IMG/VR virus record: IMGVR_UViG_3300044797_000113
Span: 1-62,517 of that record
From: a virus
Taxonomy: Duplodnaviria > Caudoviricetes
Reading direction: 5' to 3' (one strand)
DNA length: 62,517 bases
Shown piece after piece: positions 46,601 to 55,992 of this stretch. The translations under genes and the position numbers were made by a program. Positions within the stretch are counted from its first letter, which is position 1; each line of letters starts with the position of its first letter. The notes under the pieces were generated by a model, which saw nothing but the letters and a program-made list of their open reading frames with translations, was not told where the DNA came from and did no database searches.

Positions 46601-49303
46601 GCGGTCGTAGAGGCGGGCCAGGGTCCCCTTACCGGCCAGCAACAGATCGGTGCCCCGAAGGATGTTTGGGGCAAGGAATCGCTAAAGGCTATGAAGGCCG
46701 ACCTGGAAGCGTCTACAAAGGCCGATCCTTATTGGAAGAATCGCGATCTAGCCGCTATCGACTTTGCCATAAAGAATTACGAGTATCTGAGTAGTCTCGC
46801 CGACGACTACAACGCCGTACAGGATGCAGAACACTCCACGGAGAACGCTTCTGGTGTCGAGTCGCCTACTTTTCAGCGGTACGTGTTTCATCCCCAGGAC
46901 GTAGACCAGGAAATCTCGGCCCCGTCACTCATGGGCGGCGGTACGGGGAACGCGCAGTTCCGACAGATGCGCGTCTACCCGAATTATGCAGCCTCGATTG
47001 CCGCAGGGGTAAATCCCTACACGTTGAACGCCGCGGACCTCATGGAGACGCGCCTTCGCATCGGCGCGAACATGGTCAACAACCGCGCGTGGCTGGAGTC
47101 CCTGCATGACATTGTCGACCCTACCAACGGCCAGCCTGTGGCGGCGCCGATGGAGGTCGTTAAGCGTCCGGATGGCTCCACGTACACCAAGGCTCCGGAC
47201 GGGTATCACGCGGAGACCATGGGCGGCCAGCAAGTCGCGGTACAGAACGGATACGCCGGGATTTTCAGCGCGCTCTCGGATCCAAGCCGGTTTGCCGACG
47301 GGACCTGGGGACGGCTGATTCAGCGCGGAAACGCGACGGCTAAGTCCATGGCGCTGCTGTTCGACACGTTCCACCTTGGCCGCGTGGCTTTTTGGTCCGG
47401 GATCATCCGTTCTCCGCTTGCCGGCCTGACTGGGTCGTCCCTCACCGGCCCGTCGTTTGCCCGGGGTGTGGCGATGCTTGACCTGTCCCCGCAGGAGTTT
47501 CAAAGGCGGATCGCGTCAGGTGATATACCGGCACGCTTCCAGAAACAACTGATTCAGGACAAGTACCACTTGGACAAGGTGATCGACCACGGCCTGAACG
47601 TGGGGCGGATCGCGGACTCGCTGCACCAGGAATGGGTGCGCGCGGTTCCCGGTATCGGACATTTCAACAAGTGGGTGTTTGAGGACGTGCAGCGCGGTGC
47701 TATGGCGGAGATCGCCATGATCGAGTTCAAGCGTCAGGCGAAGGCGAACCCGGAGTGGAGCGAGGATCAAGTCGCGGCGAACGTTGCACGCGAAATCAAC
47801 ACCCGATTTGGAAGTCTTGGCCGCCAGGGGTGGATCAAGTCCCAAACCGGCCAGGACATCGCCCGACTGCTCGCGTTGGCGCCTCAGTGGAACGAGGGTC
47901 TTGTGAAGTCCGAATTCCAAGGCGCATGGAACACGGCGAGTGCCGCGGCAAAGAAAGTCCTTGGTAGACAGGCCGCGGTCGGGCTTTTGGGTCGGTCTGT
48001 GATGGCGGCCGGAATCGCGCTCTTTGCCGCCAACCAACTCATCAACCTTTACACCCGGGGGCATCCCACTTGGAAGAATCCGGAGAAGACCTTTGGTGCA
48101 AAAATCTCGGCATGGATACCGGACTACATCGGGCGCGCCATGGGGCATGAGGGCCCAGGCTTCTTTCTGAATCCAATGAGCCTTCCGGCTGAGATTTCCC
48201 ACGTTGCACTGACGGCATACGAACGAACGCATGACTGGCCGGAAGCGGCGAACGACCTTCTGCGGGGACGCGCGTCGATATTTATGCGGGCAATCCTGAC
48301 GGCGATCACGGGGAAGAATAACCTTGGGCGCCCGACTCGGCCGGGGCACAGGATTGCTCCGATTCTGGCGTCCCTCAGTCCGGCTCCGTTGGCAAGCCCT
48401 GCGCTGGTCAACGCAGTCCGCGGTATTGCCGGCGGAGGCAACCGGGAAGCGTTCCCGGGCCAGTTTCAGAAACAGCTCATGCAGTCGTTTGGAATCCGGA
48501 CCGATCAGGCACCGTCGAAGGAGCAACGCATCTACGGGCTGGCGGAGGAGTTCAACCGGACCAAGGGGATCCAGCCCTCTGCCGAGTTCTACCAGGGCGA
48601 CTACCAGCCGATTGTCCACGCGCTTGAGACCGGGAATAATGCCGACGCGAAAGACGCAATGACTGCGCTGCTGCACACTAAGACGCCGGATCAGGTGTTC
48701 GATCATTTGACCCGCTGGCCGTTGTTCCCGTTTACCGGGCAGGCTCGGCGCGAAGCCGGATTTGTCCAGACCTTGAACCCGGAGGAGAAGCAGGCATACG
48801 ACCAGGCTGTTGAGAATCGCGAAGCCGTGGCGCATCAGGCGATCGACCTTCTGCATGAGGTGAATCCAAACGCGCCGACGATCTCCGGGCCTGAGTACGA
48901 CCGCCTTATGGGTGTCATGAAAGCCGACAAGGTTGCGTCGTTGCAGTCTTCCGAGGACCGGGAGGCGGCAAAGGGCGAGCTCCAACGAATCCTGGCGTTG
49001 CCTCCTGCCGAACGCGGGCCCGAACTGGAAAAACTGAAACAGGACCCGGTTTTGGACGAGGAGGTAAATCGGCAGTTCAAGGAGCAGACCCGCGGGCTGA
49101 CCGTCGTCGAGAAGCATATCCAGTCCCTTCCTGTGGCGACCGGCGCCCGGGCGGAGTACATTTTCAACGAGGCAACGAAGATTCCGGCGGGCCCGGAGCG
49201 CGCGGCGTACATTCAAAACCTCAAGGAAAAGAACATCTGGAACGACCGCATCGAGGGCCAAATCGGAGAGCTCATGCAGGGTCGACCGGCGGTGGGTCGC
49301 TGA
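43649..49303 (+). CDS. Very large internal virion / polyvalent protein (1884 aa)
   Basis: Size, position, Pro/Ala-rich linkers and helical C-terminal region. Confidence 0.7.
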   Translation: MAAAPAVAPEIPGAQAGSLPTATVVAPEVTDNVSPFGDHAAPLAAPAVSPFGDKAVAQGSVQSPFGDTATDVQIPTLRAMTWRENLQDRLHDLWVKANTGPFDLRQSHSDMVDIASQLGNVQRELINGALSPVSTAMLATTGGLGQAAKEGSAVAQVAAPLANKAILSAATIPAVLRLQTALEGLKDNTKSAGQRAAAIIEPMIPIILAGLQGGFGEATRTAGAEPVDVAGLKNVTHSVAETPAIAEAPSVSPFGDRAAEPAPGPAAPSAPVSEAIVPQAPGGAVEQPIEGGVVKPGGGGYPGTPEPIPHEAPPVTVAPPVGSPFGDKAAEIQPVGQAGAVPVVAQPPPGSTSAPPSLPFDEVKKQYIDAFAQSNKYTPDQVGGKDAIDKMAALADAYPDFIEHIDNGTEPPVLPGGGIVGPEVIEQPTAEPRSPPGPRWTLDPGAIPGEPSYFLDVPGGGALDEAKAAITEREVPGKGVLFDATTAGGESIGTFSTLGQVAKAAEASVGHGLDAENHPLNVLPNGEWMDLPAIGGAAVRVRRSNNKIWVEASKPQGVFERRGIAYIHFEKDGTMTPGIGGDPELQETARMALQDLVDKTSPKGNPINEGVGAALGSGEPETHSPLPPEAPTESEAANAPLAEPTPPEPEAPGESAKSVQQLRQEGSAITPREAVRTVSRISAIDKEVDKLLNERSNLAGNDKRTWARRSDLTDQANALLEERLEHQIRLGDKDAEAALQRWHMRSESGANMPSADAIILKFLQKNKLPSAKALEMRAERTGGKWSGMSGELRQLDAPKKFFMKDKDALAGGLSNTSLERWNMRLADELLGNLGPNPDVDPETGTLAAGEDAGIQLVGRALAAQNSGALDRRLGETAPQLPLKETPLLSKARELRRQAGFIYVPNFGTGRVSYAARRAIGELNAERQKIVNYWKAGDVRQAMAMTRDVAENKSKLYARQSSNDFRGDLERTYGKDKDLALDALTAVVEAGQGPLTGQQQIGAPKDVWGKESLKAMKADLEASTKADPYWKNRDLAAIDFAIKNYEYLSSLADDYNAVQDAEHSTENASGVESPTFQRYVFHPQDVDQEISAPSLMGGGTGNAQFRQMRVYPNYAASIAAGVNPYTLNAADLMETRLRIGANMVNNRAWLESLHDIVDPTNGQPVAAPMEVVKRPDGSTYTKAPDGYHAETMGGQQVAVQNGYAGIFSALSDPSRFADGTWGRLIQRGNATAKSMALLFDTFHLGRVAFWSGIIRSPLAGLTGSSLTGPSFARGVAMLDLSPQEFQRRIASGDIPARFQKQLIQDKYHLDKVIDHGLNVGRIADSLHQEWVRAVPGIGHFNKWVFEDVQRGAMAEIAMIEFKRQAKANPEWSEDQVAANVAREINTRFGSLGRQGWIKSQTGQDIARLLALAPQWNEGLVKSEFQGAWNTASAAAKKVLGRQAAVGLLGRSVMAAGIALFAANQLINLYTRGHPTWKNPEKTFGAKISAWIPDYIGRAMGHEGPGFFLNPMSLPAEISHVALTAYERTHDWPEAANDLLRGRASIFMRAILTAITGKNNLGRPTRPGHRIAPILASLSPAPLASPALVNAVRGIAGGGNREAFPGQFQKQLMQSFGIRTDQAPSKEQRIYGLAEEFNRTKGIQPSAEFYQGDYQPIVHALETGNNADAKDAMTALLHTKTPDQVFDHLTRWPLFPFTGQARREAGFVQTLNPEEKQAYDQAVENREAVAHQAIDLLHEVNPNAPTISGPEYDRLMGVMKADKVASLQSSEDREAAKGELQRILALPPAERGPELEKLKQDPVLDEEVNRQFKEQTRGLTVVEKHIQSLPVATGARAEYIFNEATKIPAGPERAAYIQNLKEKNIWNDRIEGQIGELMQGRPAVGR

Positions 49304-49370
49304 CATGGACTTGCAATTTAAGAACCAACCCTGTATCGGAAACCTGCTTCTGGCATAACTCACTCTGACC

Positions 49371-49841
49371 ATGGCTTATACCTACATGACCGGGACGATC
49401 AACCCCGGCGACACAGACTTTCAAAAATGGGCCAAGCTGCAAGGTGCCGCGTGGCTCGCGTGTTCAAATGCCGGAATCTCCATAAATACCGTGAGCAATC
49501 CACTACTACTTCCCTTGGCTCCTGGCGCAAACGAATGGCAGAAATTTGCCTCAGTCCAGGCCATGCTGACCAATCTCAGCAGCGGCCTTTCCCCGGCCGC
49601 CTCCGGCGTACAGTCCGGCAACCAGGCGGTCACGACCTCTGCAACCAGTCAAGTGATTGCCTTCGCAACGGGATTCGCTGCGGCTCCGGCTGTGGTCGCT
49701 TCGCTGGTCGCTCCCGGCGGCGGGGCGACAGTCCTCGAAAACGTGACCGGAATTTCCGCGACCGGATTCACGGCCAACTGGGGTTTTGCAATACCATCCG
49801 GGTACTCGCTGTCCTGGATCGCCACGCCAAAGACGCAGTGA
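49371..49841 (+). CDS. Small fibre/adaptor protein with H-lectin-like C-terminal domain
   Basis: IAFATGFAAAPAVVAS...ISATGF...SWIA; internal repeat FQKWA/WQKFA. Confidence 0.6.
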   Translation: MAYTYMTGTINPGDTDFQKWAKLQGAAWLACSNAGISINTVSNPLLLPLAPGANEWQKFASVQAMLTNLSSGLSPAASGVQSGNQAVTTSATSQVIAFATGFAAAPAVVASLVAPGGGATVLENVTGISATGFTANWGFAIPSGYSLSWIATPKTQ

Positions 49842-49851
49842 ATTTCCAACC

Positions 49852-52320
49852 ATGAATAAATTCCTCACAGGTTTGATTTTGAACGTCGCCCTGATCGGCG
49901 GCCCGTATGTCTCCCAGGCTTCCACGACCCCACTGAACAACGCCGTGTTCACGGCGCCTGCGAGCGTCGCTGCGCTCCGGGCCATTCCGGTCACGGCGGG
50001 CATGAACGGCTACCAGATTTCCACGCTTGGATATTGGACTTCCGGAGATGGCGGCGGAAACACGTTCATTTACAATTCCGCAAGCGGTCTGTCGGACAAC
50101 GGAGGCACCGTGATTGTCCCTTCGGCCGGGGGCGGGGCTTGGATTTCCACGAGCACCAACTACGACTGGAAGAGGTTCGGGGCGAATGGCAATTCCTTGG
50201 CGGTGCGCCTCCCGACTACGATCGGTCTTGGGTCGAACGTCCTGACGCTCAACGGTGCTTCGTTCGCGGCAACCGACGTCGGGAAGTCAATCGTGGTCGG
50301 CGGGGCCGGATCCGCCGGGGCTGGACTCTATGGCACGATCACCGGCTACACCTCGTCCAGCCAAGTGACCTTGAGCGTCACCGCTGCCACGGCGGTCACG
50401 GGCACCACGGAAATCAGCATCTATGGCACCGATGACACGACTGCGATCCAGAACGCACTCACCGCGGCGGGCAACGTGCCCTACTTCCAGACGAGCTATC
50501 CTTCCGCGGGGCTGTACTTCATCTCGCGGACCTTGAACCTGCCGCCGGGCGTCAGCATCCACGGCATCGGCGACCAAGCCACCTTTGCCTCGACCCAGTA
50601 CGGGACGCAGCTTGTCGGCTACCTCACGGGCTACGTGATCCAGCAGGCTTACGGTTCCCCGACCGAATCTTATAGCCACATCGACAACCTCTCCATCAAC
50701 GTCAACTGCACACTCGGATGCCTCTACTTCGAGAACGCGAACGAATGGGAGGTCGGCAACTGCACGCTCTACGGCGGCACATCGGTCGCGGACCTGACGA
50801 TTGACGGAAACCCCGGCTGCATCAACCCGCTGATCCAGAACAATATTTTCTTCGGGCACACGACCTACGGCATCCAGATCATTGGGGATAACCACACGAA
50901 CGTGTGCTTCTTCCACAACTACATCACCCCGGTCTGCACGGCGGGTTTGTACATCCATTGCACGCAGGGCGACTTCACATCCTACTCGGACATTTTCGAG
51001 AACAACGCCACAGGCGTGCTCGTGGATGGCGACGTTGCCTCGGCTGGCGGCGTGCCGAAGTTTTACAGCTTCAGCGATTACTTCGAGGGCGAGAGCACCG
51101 CATGTTACTCGGTGAACCCGGACGGGTACACGAACTTGGAGCCCATCGTGACGATCCGAAACGCGCACGAAAGCGGGAACTCGATCACGCCGAACTTCCT
51201 GCTCTACGGCCCCTGCAAGAACCTCGACGTGCAGGACGCTCAAATCACCGGGGAAACGGGCGCCTCGTTCGTCATGGGGACCATGACAGGGGTGACGGAC
51301 CCGGTGAGCCTCAAGGGTATCACGAGCACGGCACCGTACACGAGCAGCCCAATCGTTTCCTCGACGCCCTCCACGGTCAACACGACCGACTACGTTTGGC
51401 GGAGCGGCTACAATGGCTGGGGCGGAACGGGCGGGGTGGGCGGCCAAAGCCTGATCGCAGGATGGGAAGTGGCTCCCACCTATTCCGGCTCGGCCTATGG
51501 GATCTTTGACGAACCTCAATTCACGGCGACAGCCAATTCGCAGCAATTCTACGGTATGGAAACGCTGCCTTCGATTGCGACCGGCACATACTCGTCGCTC
51601 ATCTACCGCGGCGGCTACATCCCCACCCCCACGGTCACGGGCTCGGGCCTCGGGTCCGCCTACCAGATGATCGTAGACAACGGCGGGGCCTTCACGAACT
51701 TGGCGGGTTTGGCGATCAACAGCCAGACGAACGGCCTCACCAACAACACGGACCTCCTGTTTGGGACGCTCACGATTCCGAGCGGCACGTTCGGCCTGTA
51801 CCAAGGGGACAGCTATGCAAATTCGCTCGGGGGCAGCCTCACCCTTCGCGGCAACGGGGCGGGGGCCTTGGTGTCCAGCTCGGCGGGCCTCATTTCGGCG
51901 CAGACGAACGACTACCAAGCCGATCTTACCGGGACCGCCTACACGCTCACGGCCTCCAATGCCGCCATCACGGGGGGGACGACTTCGCCCACGATCACGC
52001 TAGGCGCCGCTGGCACCTACATCATCACGGCTGGAATCAATTGCCTCTACAGTGGGGCAACGTATGCCGCGACCCAGAACGTCACGTTTTCGCTCTACCG
52101 GACGAATAACACGCCGGCAAGCATCTACAACGGAACCTTCATCCTGCGGACGATCACGACCACGAGCGACACCGCCTGCACGCCGACCCTCAAGTACATT
52201 TACACGACCACCAACAGCAATGACGTGGTGACGATCTACGGGCAGCTATCCGCAACCCCGTCGGCCGGCTCGGTTCAGATCCAGAACCCGACCTACATCG
52301 TCGCCCAAAGAATCTACTGA
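49852..52320 (+). CDS. Tailspike-like beta-helix (pectate-lyase-like) protein with signal-peptide-like N-terminus
   Basis: GYWTSGDGGG...DNGGTVI, FGANG, GTDDTTAIQNAL and beta-helix repeats. Confidence 0.8.
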   Translation: MNKFLTGLILNVALIGGPYVSQASTTPLNNAVFTAPASVAALRAIPVTAGMNGYQISTLGYWTSGDGGGNTFIYNSASGLSDNGGTVIVPSAGGGAWISTSTNYDWKRFGANGNSLAVRLPTTIGLGSNVLTLNGASFAATDVGKSIVVGGAGSAGAGLYGTITGYTSSSQVTLSVTAATAVTGTTEISIYGTDDTTAIQNALTAAGNVPYFQTSYPSAGLYFISRTLNLPPGVSIHGIGDQATFASTQYGTQLVGYLTGYVIQQAYGSPTESYSHIDNLSINVNCTLGCLYFENANEWEVGNCTLYGGTSVADLTIDGNPGCINPLIQNNIFFGHTTYGIQIIGDNHTNVCFFHNYITPVCTAGLYIHCTQGDFTSYSDIFENNATGVLVDGDVASAGGVPKFYSFSDYFEGESTACYSVNPDGYTNLEPIVTIRNAHESGNSITPNFLLYGPCKNLDVQDAQITGETGASFVMGTMTGVTDPVSLKGITSTAPYTSSPIVSSTPSTVNTTDYVWRSGYNGWGGTGGVGGQSLIAGWEVAPTYSGSAYGIFDEPQFTATANSQQFYGMETLPSIATGTYSSLIYRGGYIPTPTVTGSGLGSAYQMIVDNGGAFTNLAGLAINSQTNGLTNNTDLLFGTLTIPSGTFGLYQGDSYANSLGGSLTLRGNGAGALVSSSAGLISAQTNDYQADLTGTAYTLTASNAAITGGTTSPTITLGAAGTYIITAGINCLYSGATYAATQNVTFSLYRTNNTPASIYNGTFILRTITTTSDTACTPTLKYIYTTTNSNDVVTIYGQLSATPSAGSVQIQNPTYIVAQRIY

Positions 52321-52336
52321 AAAGGATCCGCCACCT

Positions 52337-54244
52337 ATGAACAAAACGCTCGCACTCATTTTCGCGCTCGCGCTGCCGTGCGCCGCCTTCGGTCAGCAGA
52401 CCGTTGGGACGCTGAACTTCGTGCAGAGCAGCGCGCCGGCAGCGCCGACAAGCGGGGTGACCGGATACGCGAACTCAAGAAATGAGCTGAACTGGGTATT
52501 CCCAACGGGGCCTAACTTCGCCGTGGCACCGCTGTCGTCTGGCGGGATATTGAATCCTTTTTCGGCGCCGATCCAGTTTGGATTCACGGCCCAGTCGGCC
52601 ACGTCGTTTGTGTACGATGATTTTCAGTCGCCGTTATACACGACGGGCACTCTTCTGAACGGCCTTGTTTGTCCAACTGGCCAAACGTGGTCGGTTTCAG
52701 GTGCGGGAGTAGCTACCACCACGATTTCCGGGAATGGATTTGTCACTGCTGAATCCTCAATCAGCAATACGTCTTACAGCTTTTTGAATTACGGGGCGCT
52801 AATACCTGAAATAAAAGTCGGGTTTGTAATGAAGACTCCGGCCGATTTTGTGCCGAGCCAAACGGTAACATTTCTGGTCCTTATAGCCGCTCAGGACACA
52901 AGCATCCAGAAGATGCTGCACTTGCAGATCACCCCAACTACTTGGGCTTTTCAAAAGACCTTGAGCGGCGGCGGCGGTTTGGTCACACTGCTCGCTGGCA
53001 CCCACCAATTACAGCCCGGCGTTCAGTACACATGCGGATACACAATTAACTGGGCGGCTGGAACGGCTACCGTTTATCCGCCAATGGGGCTTCCTCAGAC
53101 CTGTGCGGCGGATCCTGATATTACGACGATTGCCGGGCAGCAAGGCTGTTGGGAATTGACGAACCCTGGAACCTTCGGAGGACACTACAATGCAACCATA
53201 AATTATGCCAGCATGGGGCCAACCCAAGGTTCAAAATCGGTTGACTCTGGATATGCAACTCACACCGCCGACATGGGCCTTGTTCGCGGCAGCGACCTCT
53301 TGGGGCTCCCGGTTTGGCACCGAGTGACGTTTTCAATTCCATCGGGAACTGCGGCGGGATGGTACACGGTAGCCATAGGAGCGTCTGCGGAAGGGGTGAG
53401 GATTCATGGAACCGTGGCGGTTTCAGCAGATGACGGAACGTATTACACGCGCTGGCTTGGATATGTTGACGCCGTGCAAACCGGAACACCGACAATAATC
53501 ACGAATTGGGTGAGTGATAATTCGGGGGCAACTCAACTGAGATTGTCGAATCTCACATCTCCACCGAGTGCGCAACTGGACGTGTATCTTAACGGTCCAG
53601 CATCGACCCCTCCCAAGAACGTAACTGTGGATATTTTTGGTGACTCGATCCCGTATAATCCAGCGATTGGGACAAGCGCTTCGCCTTTGGGCGGAACCGT
53701 GACGACGACGCCTATCACGGGTCAACTGGCCCCGTTAATGGCCGCCAGCAATTTAGCGACGGCCTCCATGCAGTCCGGAGTGGCGCTAGCGGCAAACGCA
53801 AGCAACGGCAACACCGAGCCTGCCATCAAGTGGACAAATATCAATACCAGCAACTCCGTCGGAGCCGCAATCGACGCAATCAGGACCGGCGCAGGATACG
53901 CCCACTCACTTAGGTTTTGGACGGCAATTAACGGGAGCGGCGGCACGCTGACTCAAGCCGGGTACTTTGACACAAGCCAAAACTTTTTCGTGACCGGGAT
54001 CGCGTCGGCGGCCGGTCTTGCTCTAACTGGTGCAACCTTTGCGGGAACTGTCACGCTCTCGTCCGGAGCCGGAACGATTACGTCCGCAGCGATCTCAACC
54101 ACGAGCACCGTGATTTTGACCCAAGTCACGGCAAGCGGGACGGCAGGAACCTATGAACCGCTTGTCAAGGCCGGATCTGGGTCAGCGACCGTCACTGGGT
54201 TGGCCACCGACAACTCAACCTACAACTGGCGCGTCATCCAGTAG
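52337..54244 (+). CDS. Fibre/receptor-binding-like protein with Sec signal peptide
   Basis: MNKTLALIFALALPCAAFG-QQ; Thr/Gly/Ser beta-rich body; C-terminal domain similar to that of 35190..35603. Confidence 0.7.
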   Translation: MNKTLALIFALALPCAAFGQQTVGTLNFVQSSAPAAPTSGVTGYANSRNELNWVFPTGPNFAVAPLSSGGILNPFSAPIQFGFTAQSATSFVYDDFQSPLYTTGTLLNGLVCPTGQTWSVSGAGVATTTISGNGFVTAESSISNTSYSFLNYGALIPEIKVGFVMKTPADFVPSQTVTFLVLIAAQDTSIQKMLHLQITPTTWAFQKTLSGGGGLVTLLAGTHQLQPGVQYTCGYTINWAAGTATVYPPMGLPQTCAADPDITTIAGQQGCWELTNPGTFGGHYNATINYASMGPTQGSKSVDSGYATHTADMGLVRGSDLLGLPVWHRVTFSIPSGTAAGWYTVAIGASAEGVRIHGTVAVSADDGTYYTRWLGYVDAVQTGTPTIITNWVSDNSGATQLRLSNLTSPPSAQLDVYLNGPASTPPKNVTVDIFGDSIPYNPAIGTSASPLGGTVTTTPITGQLAPLMAASNLATASMQSGVALAANASNGNTEPAIKWTNINTSNSVGAAIDAIRTGAGYAHSLRFWTAINGSGGTLTQAGYFDTSQNFFVTGIASAAGLALTGATFAGTVTLSSGAGTITSAAISTTSTVILTQVTASGTAGTYEPLVKAGSGSATVTGLATDNSTYNWRVIQ

Positions 54245-54245
54245 C

Positions 54246-54275
54246 TTGACGCCGCACCCGTTCCCGTTCTATACC
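54246..54275 (+). promoter_or_regulatory. sigma70-like promoter (probably leaderless transcript)
   Basis: TTGACG-18 nt-TATACC, ending 6 nt before the ATG at 54282. Confidence 0.5.
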
Positions 54276-54281
54276 GCCCCC

Positions 54282-54533
54282 ATGACAAAGAGCCGCGCAA
54301 ATTGGCACTCACTGGTCGCCGTCGCCGCCGTCGTGGGGGCCGAACTCGAAGGCTTGAAGGGCGAGACCTACCAGCAGCTTGCCTCGCACACGATCATCTT
54401 CTGGGTGTGCCTCTTTTGCGCGATCATCGTCGGCTACGGCAACTCGGTGATTTCGACCAAGCCGACAGAGCCCGCCGCACCCTCCAATGCGACTCCTGCT
54501 TCCCCTCTCCCTCCTGCTGCTCCTGCTCCTTGA
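54282..54533 (+). CDS. Holin-like membrane protein
   Basis: 83 aa with one or two hydrophobic segments; heads the post-tail cassette. Confidence 0.5.
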   Translation: MTKSRANWHSLVAVAAVVGAELEGLKGETYQQLASHTIIFWVCLFCAIIVGYGNSVISTKPTEPAAPSNATPASPLPPAAPAP

Positions 54534-54629
54534 CGGCTGCATTGCCGTCAGGGAACGCCCCGGCGACCCGTACACGGTGCTCGCTCCGGGCCAGCAGGCT
54601 TGCGGTATCAAAAACACGACCCTTTTCCC

Positions 54630-55067
54630 ATGAAAATCCAAAGCCTGATCCTCCTCCCGGTGCTTCTCATTTTGAGCGCCTGCCAGCTACCCCAGATCGA
54701 AGCCTCCGCCACCTACATTGGAGCCGAAGCCGCGACGGCGGCCCTGCTTCAAAAGCAGCCGCAGGCGCTTTTGCCGCTACAATCCCTTGTCGCGGACTGG
54801 CACAAGTACCAGCTCGGTACGCTGACGACCTCCGATGAGGCCGTGCTCCTTCAGCAGATCACCACGGCGACGAAGGCCAAACTGGACCCAGTTGCCGCTG
54901 CGACCCTCGACGGCGCCGTGCAGCAGATCCTCGCCAATGTGAATACGACCGCACCTACACCGCTCGGGGGTGCAGCCGCCGCAATCATCACCGACCTGAT
55001 GAACGGAGTGGCCCGCGAACTGACGGTTTACGTGCCGCCATCCTCGACCGCCGCGACCTCCCCCTGA
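54630..55067 (+). CDS. Lipoprotein
   Basis: MKIQSLILLPVLLILSA-C lipobox. Confidence 0.75.
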   Translation: MKIQSLILLPVLLILSACQLPQIEASATYIGAEAATAALLQKQPQALLPLQSLVADWHKYQLGTLTTSDEAVLLQQITTATKAKLDPVAAATLDGAVQQILANVNTTAPTPLGGAAAAIITDLMNGVARELTVYVPPSSTAATSP

Positions 55068-55516
55068 TGCTTCAAGTCCTGCTCTTTCGCGGCACCGGGG
55101 CATTCTCCCGCCTGATCGAGTGGCAGACGCGCGGGCCGTACAGCCATGCGGCCCTGCTTCTGCCGGACGGGAGGCAGATCGAGGCATGGTCGGACGGGGT
55201 GGACATCAGGCCGCACTTTGAGGACCACGGGAGCCGCGTGGACCGCTTCACGGTGGCCGCGACCAAACAGCAGGTTGTCAAGGTTGCGAACTTCGCGCGC
55301 GGCGAGGTAGGATGCGCCTATGATTGGTACGCCGATTTCTGCTTCGTAACAAGGATGCGTCCCCCGCGTTCGGACAAGGCGTGGTTTTGCTCGGAGCTGG
55401 TGTATGCCTCCCTTGAGGCCGGCGGCATCAACCTGTTCCGGGGAACAGAAGCCTATGAGGTCAGTCCGTCCATGCTCGCCCGGTCTCCGCTTCTCACAAA
55501 GCAACATATCGCATGA
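55067..55516 (+). CDS. Permuted papain-like amidase (YaeF/YiiX, NlpC/P60 superfamily)
   Basis: YSHAAL, G..YDW and WFCSELV (His precedes Cys). Confidence 0.85.
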   Translation: MLQVLLFRGTGAFSRLIEWQTRGPYSHAALLLPDGRQIEAWSDGVDIRPHFEDHGSRVDRFTVAATKQQVVKVANFARGEVGCAYDWYADFCFVTRMRPPRSDKAWFCSELVYASLEAGGINLFRGTEAYEVSPSMLARSPLLTKQHIA

Positions 55517-55569
55517 CTTGCATTGCACGCCACGAAGTAAGGAAAAGCGGAATCCTCTAAACTCGACCG

Positions 55570-55992
55570 ATGATCGAAGACTGCCTAACTTTCCTGGACA
55601 AGTTCATGCCGACAGCGCGAGGCACAACAGTTTGGCGTTCCGCGATTACCCTGCTCGTAGTAGGGCTGTTTGGCATGGGCGCCCTTGCGTGGAAGCTGCT
55701 TCCGGCGAATGTGGATGCCGCGATCGACAACAACAAGACGATCCTGGCGCACTCGGCGGCGCTCGTTCAGGCTCAAACGGCGGTCGTCGATGCAAAGAAC
55801 GAGGCGCAGGAGGCCGCCAAGAAAGCCGATTCGCTATTGGCTACCCAGCTTCGGATATTCGATGCGTTGAAACAGGGGCATGACGACACCGAGAACGTAC
55901 TGTTGAAGGTGACGGCCACGAATCAGAGCCTCGACGACGTCAAGGAACGCCTGACGAGGATCGAGGCAAAACAGGACCAGGCGTCCCGGTAG
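55570..55992 (+). CDS. TM + coiled-coil protein (inner-spanin/holin-like)
   Basis: One TM helix then heptads ending RLTRIEAK. Confidence 0.55.
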   Translation: MIEDCLTFLDKFMPTARGTTVWRSAITLLVVGLFGMGALAWKLLPANVDAAIDNNKTILAHSAALVQAQTAVVDAKNEAQEAAKKADSLLATQLRIFDALKQGHDDTENVLLKVTATNQSLDDVKERLTRIEAKQDQASR

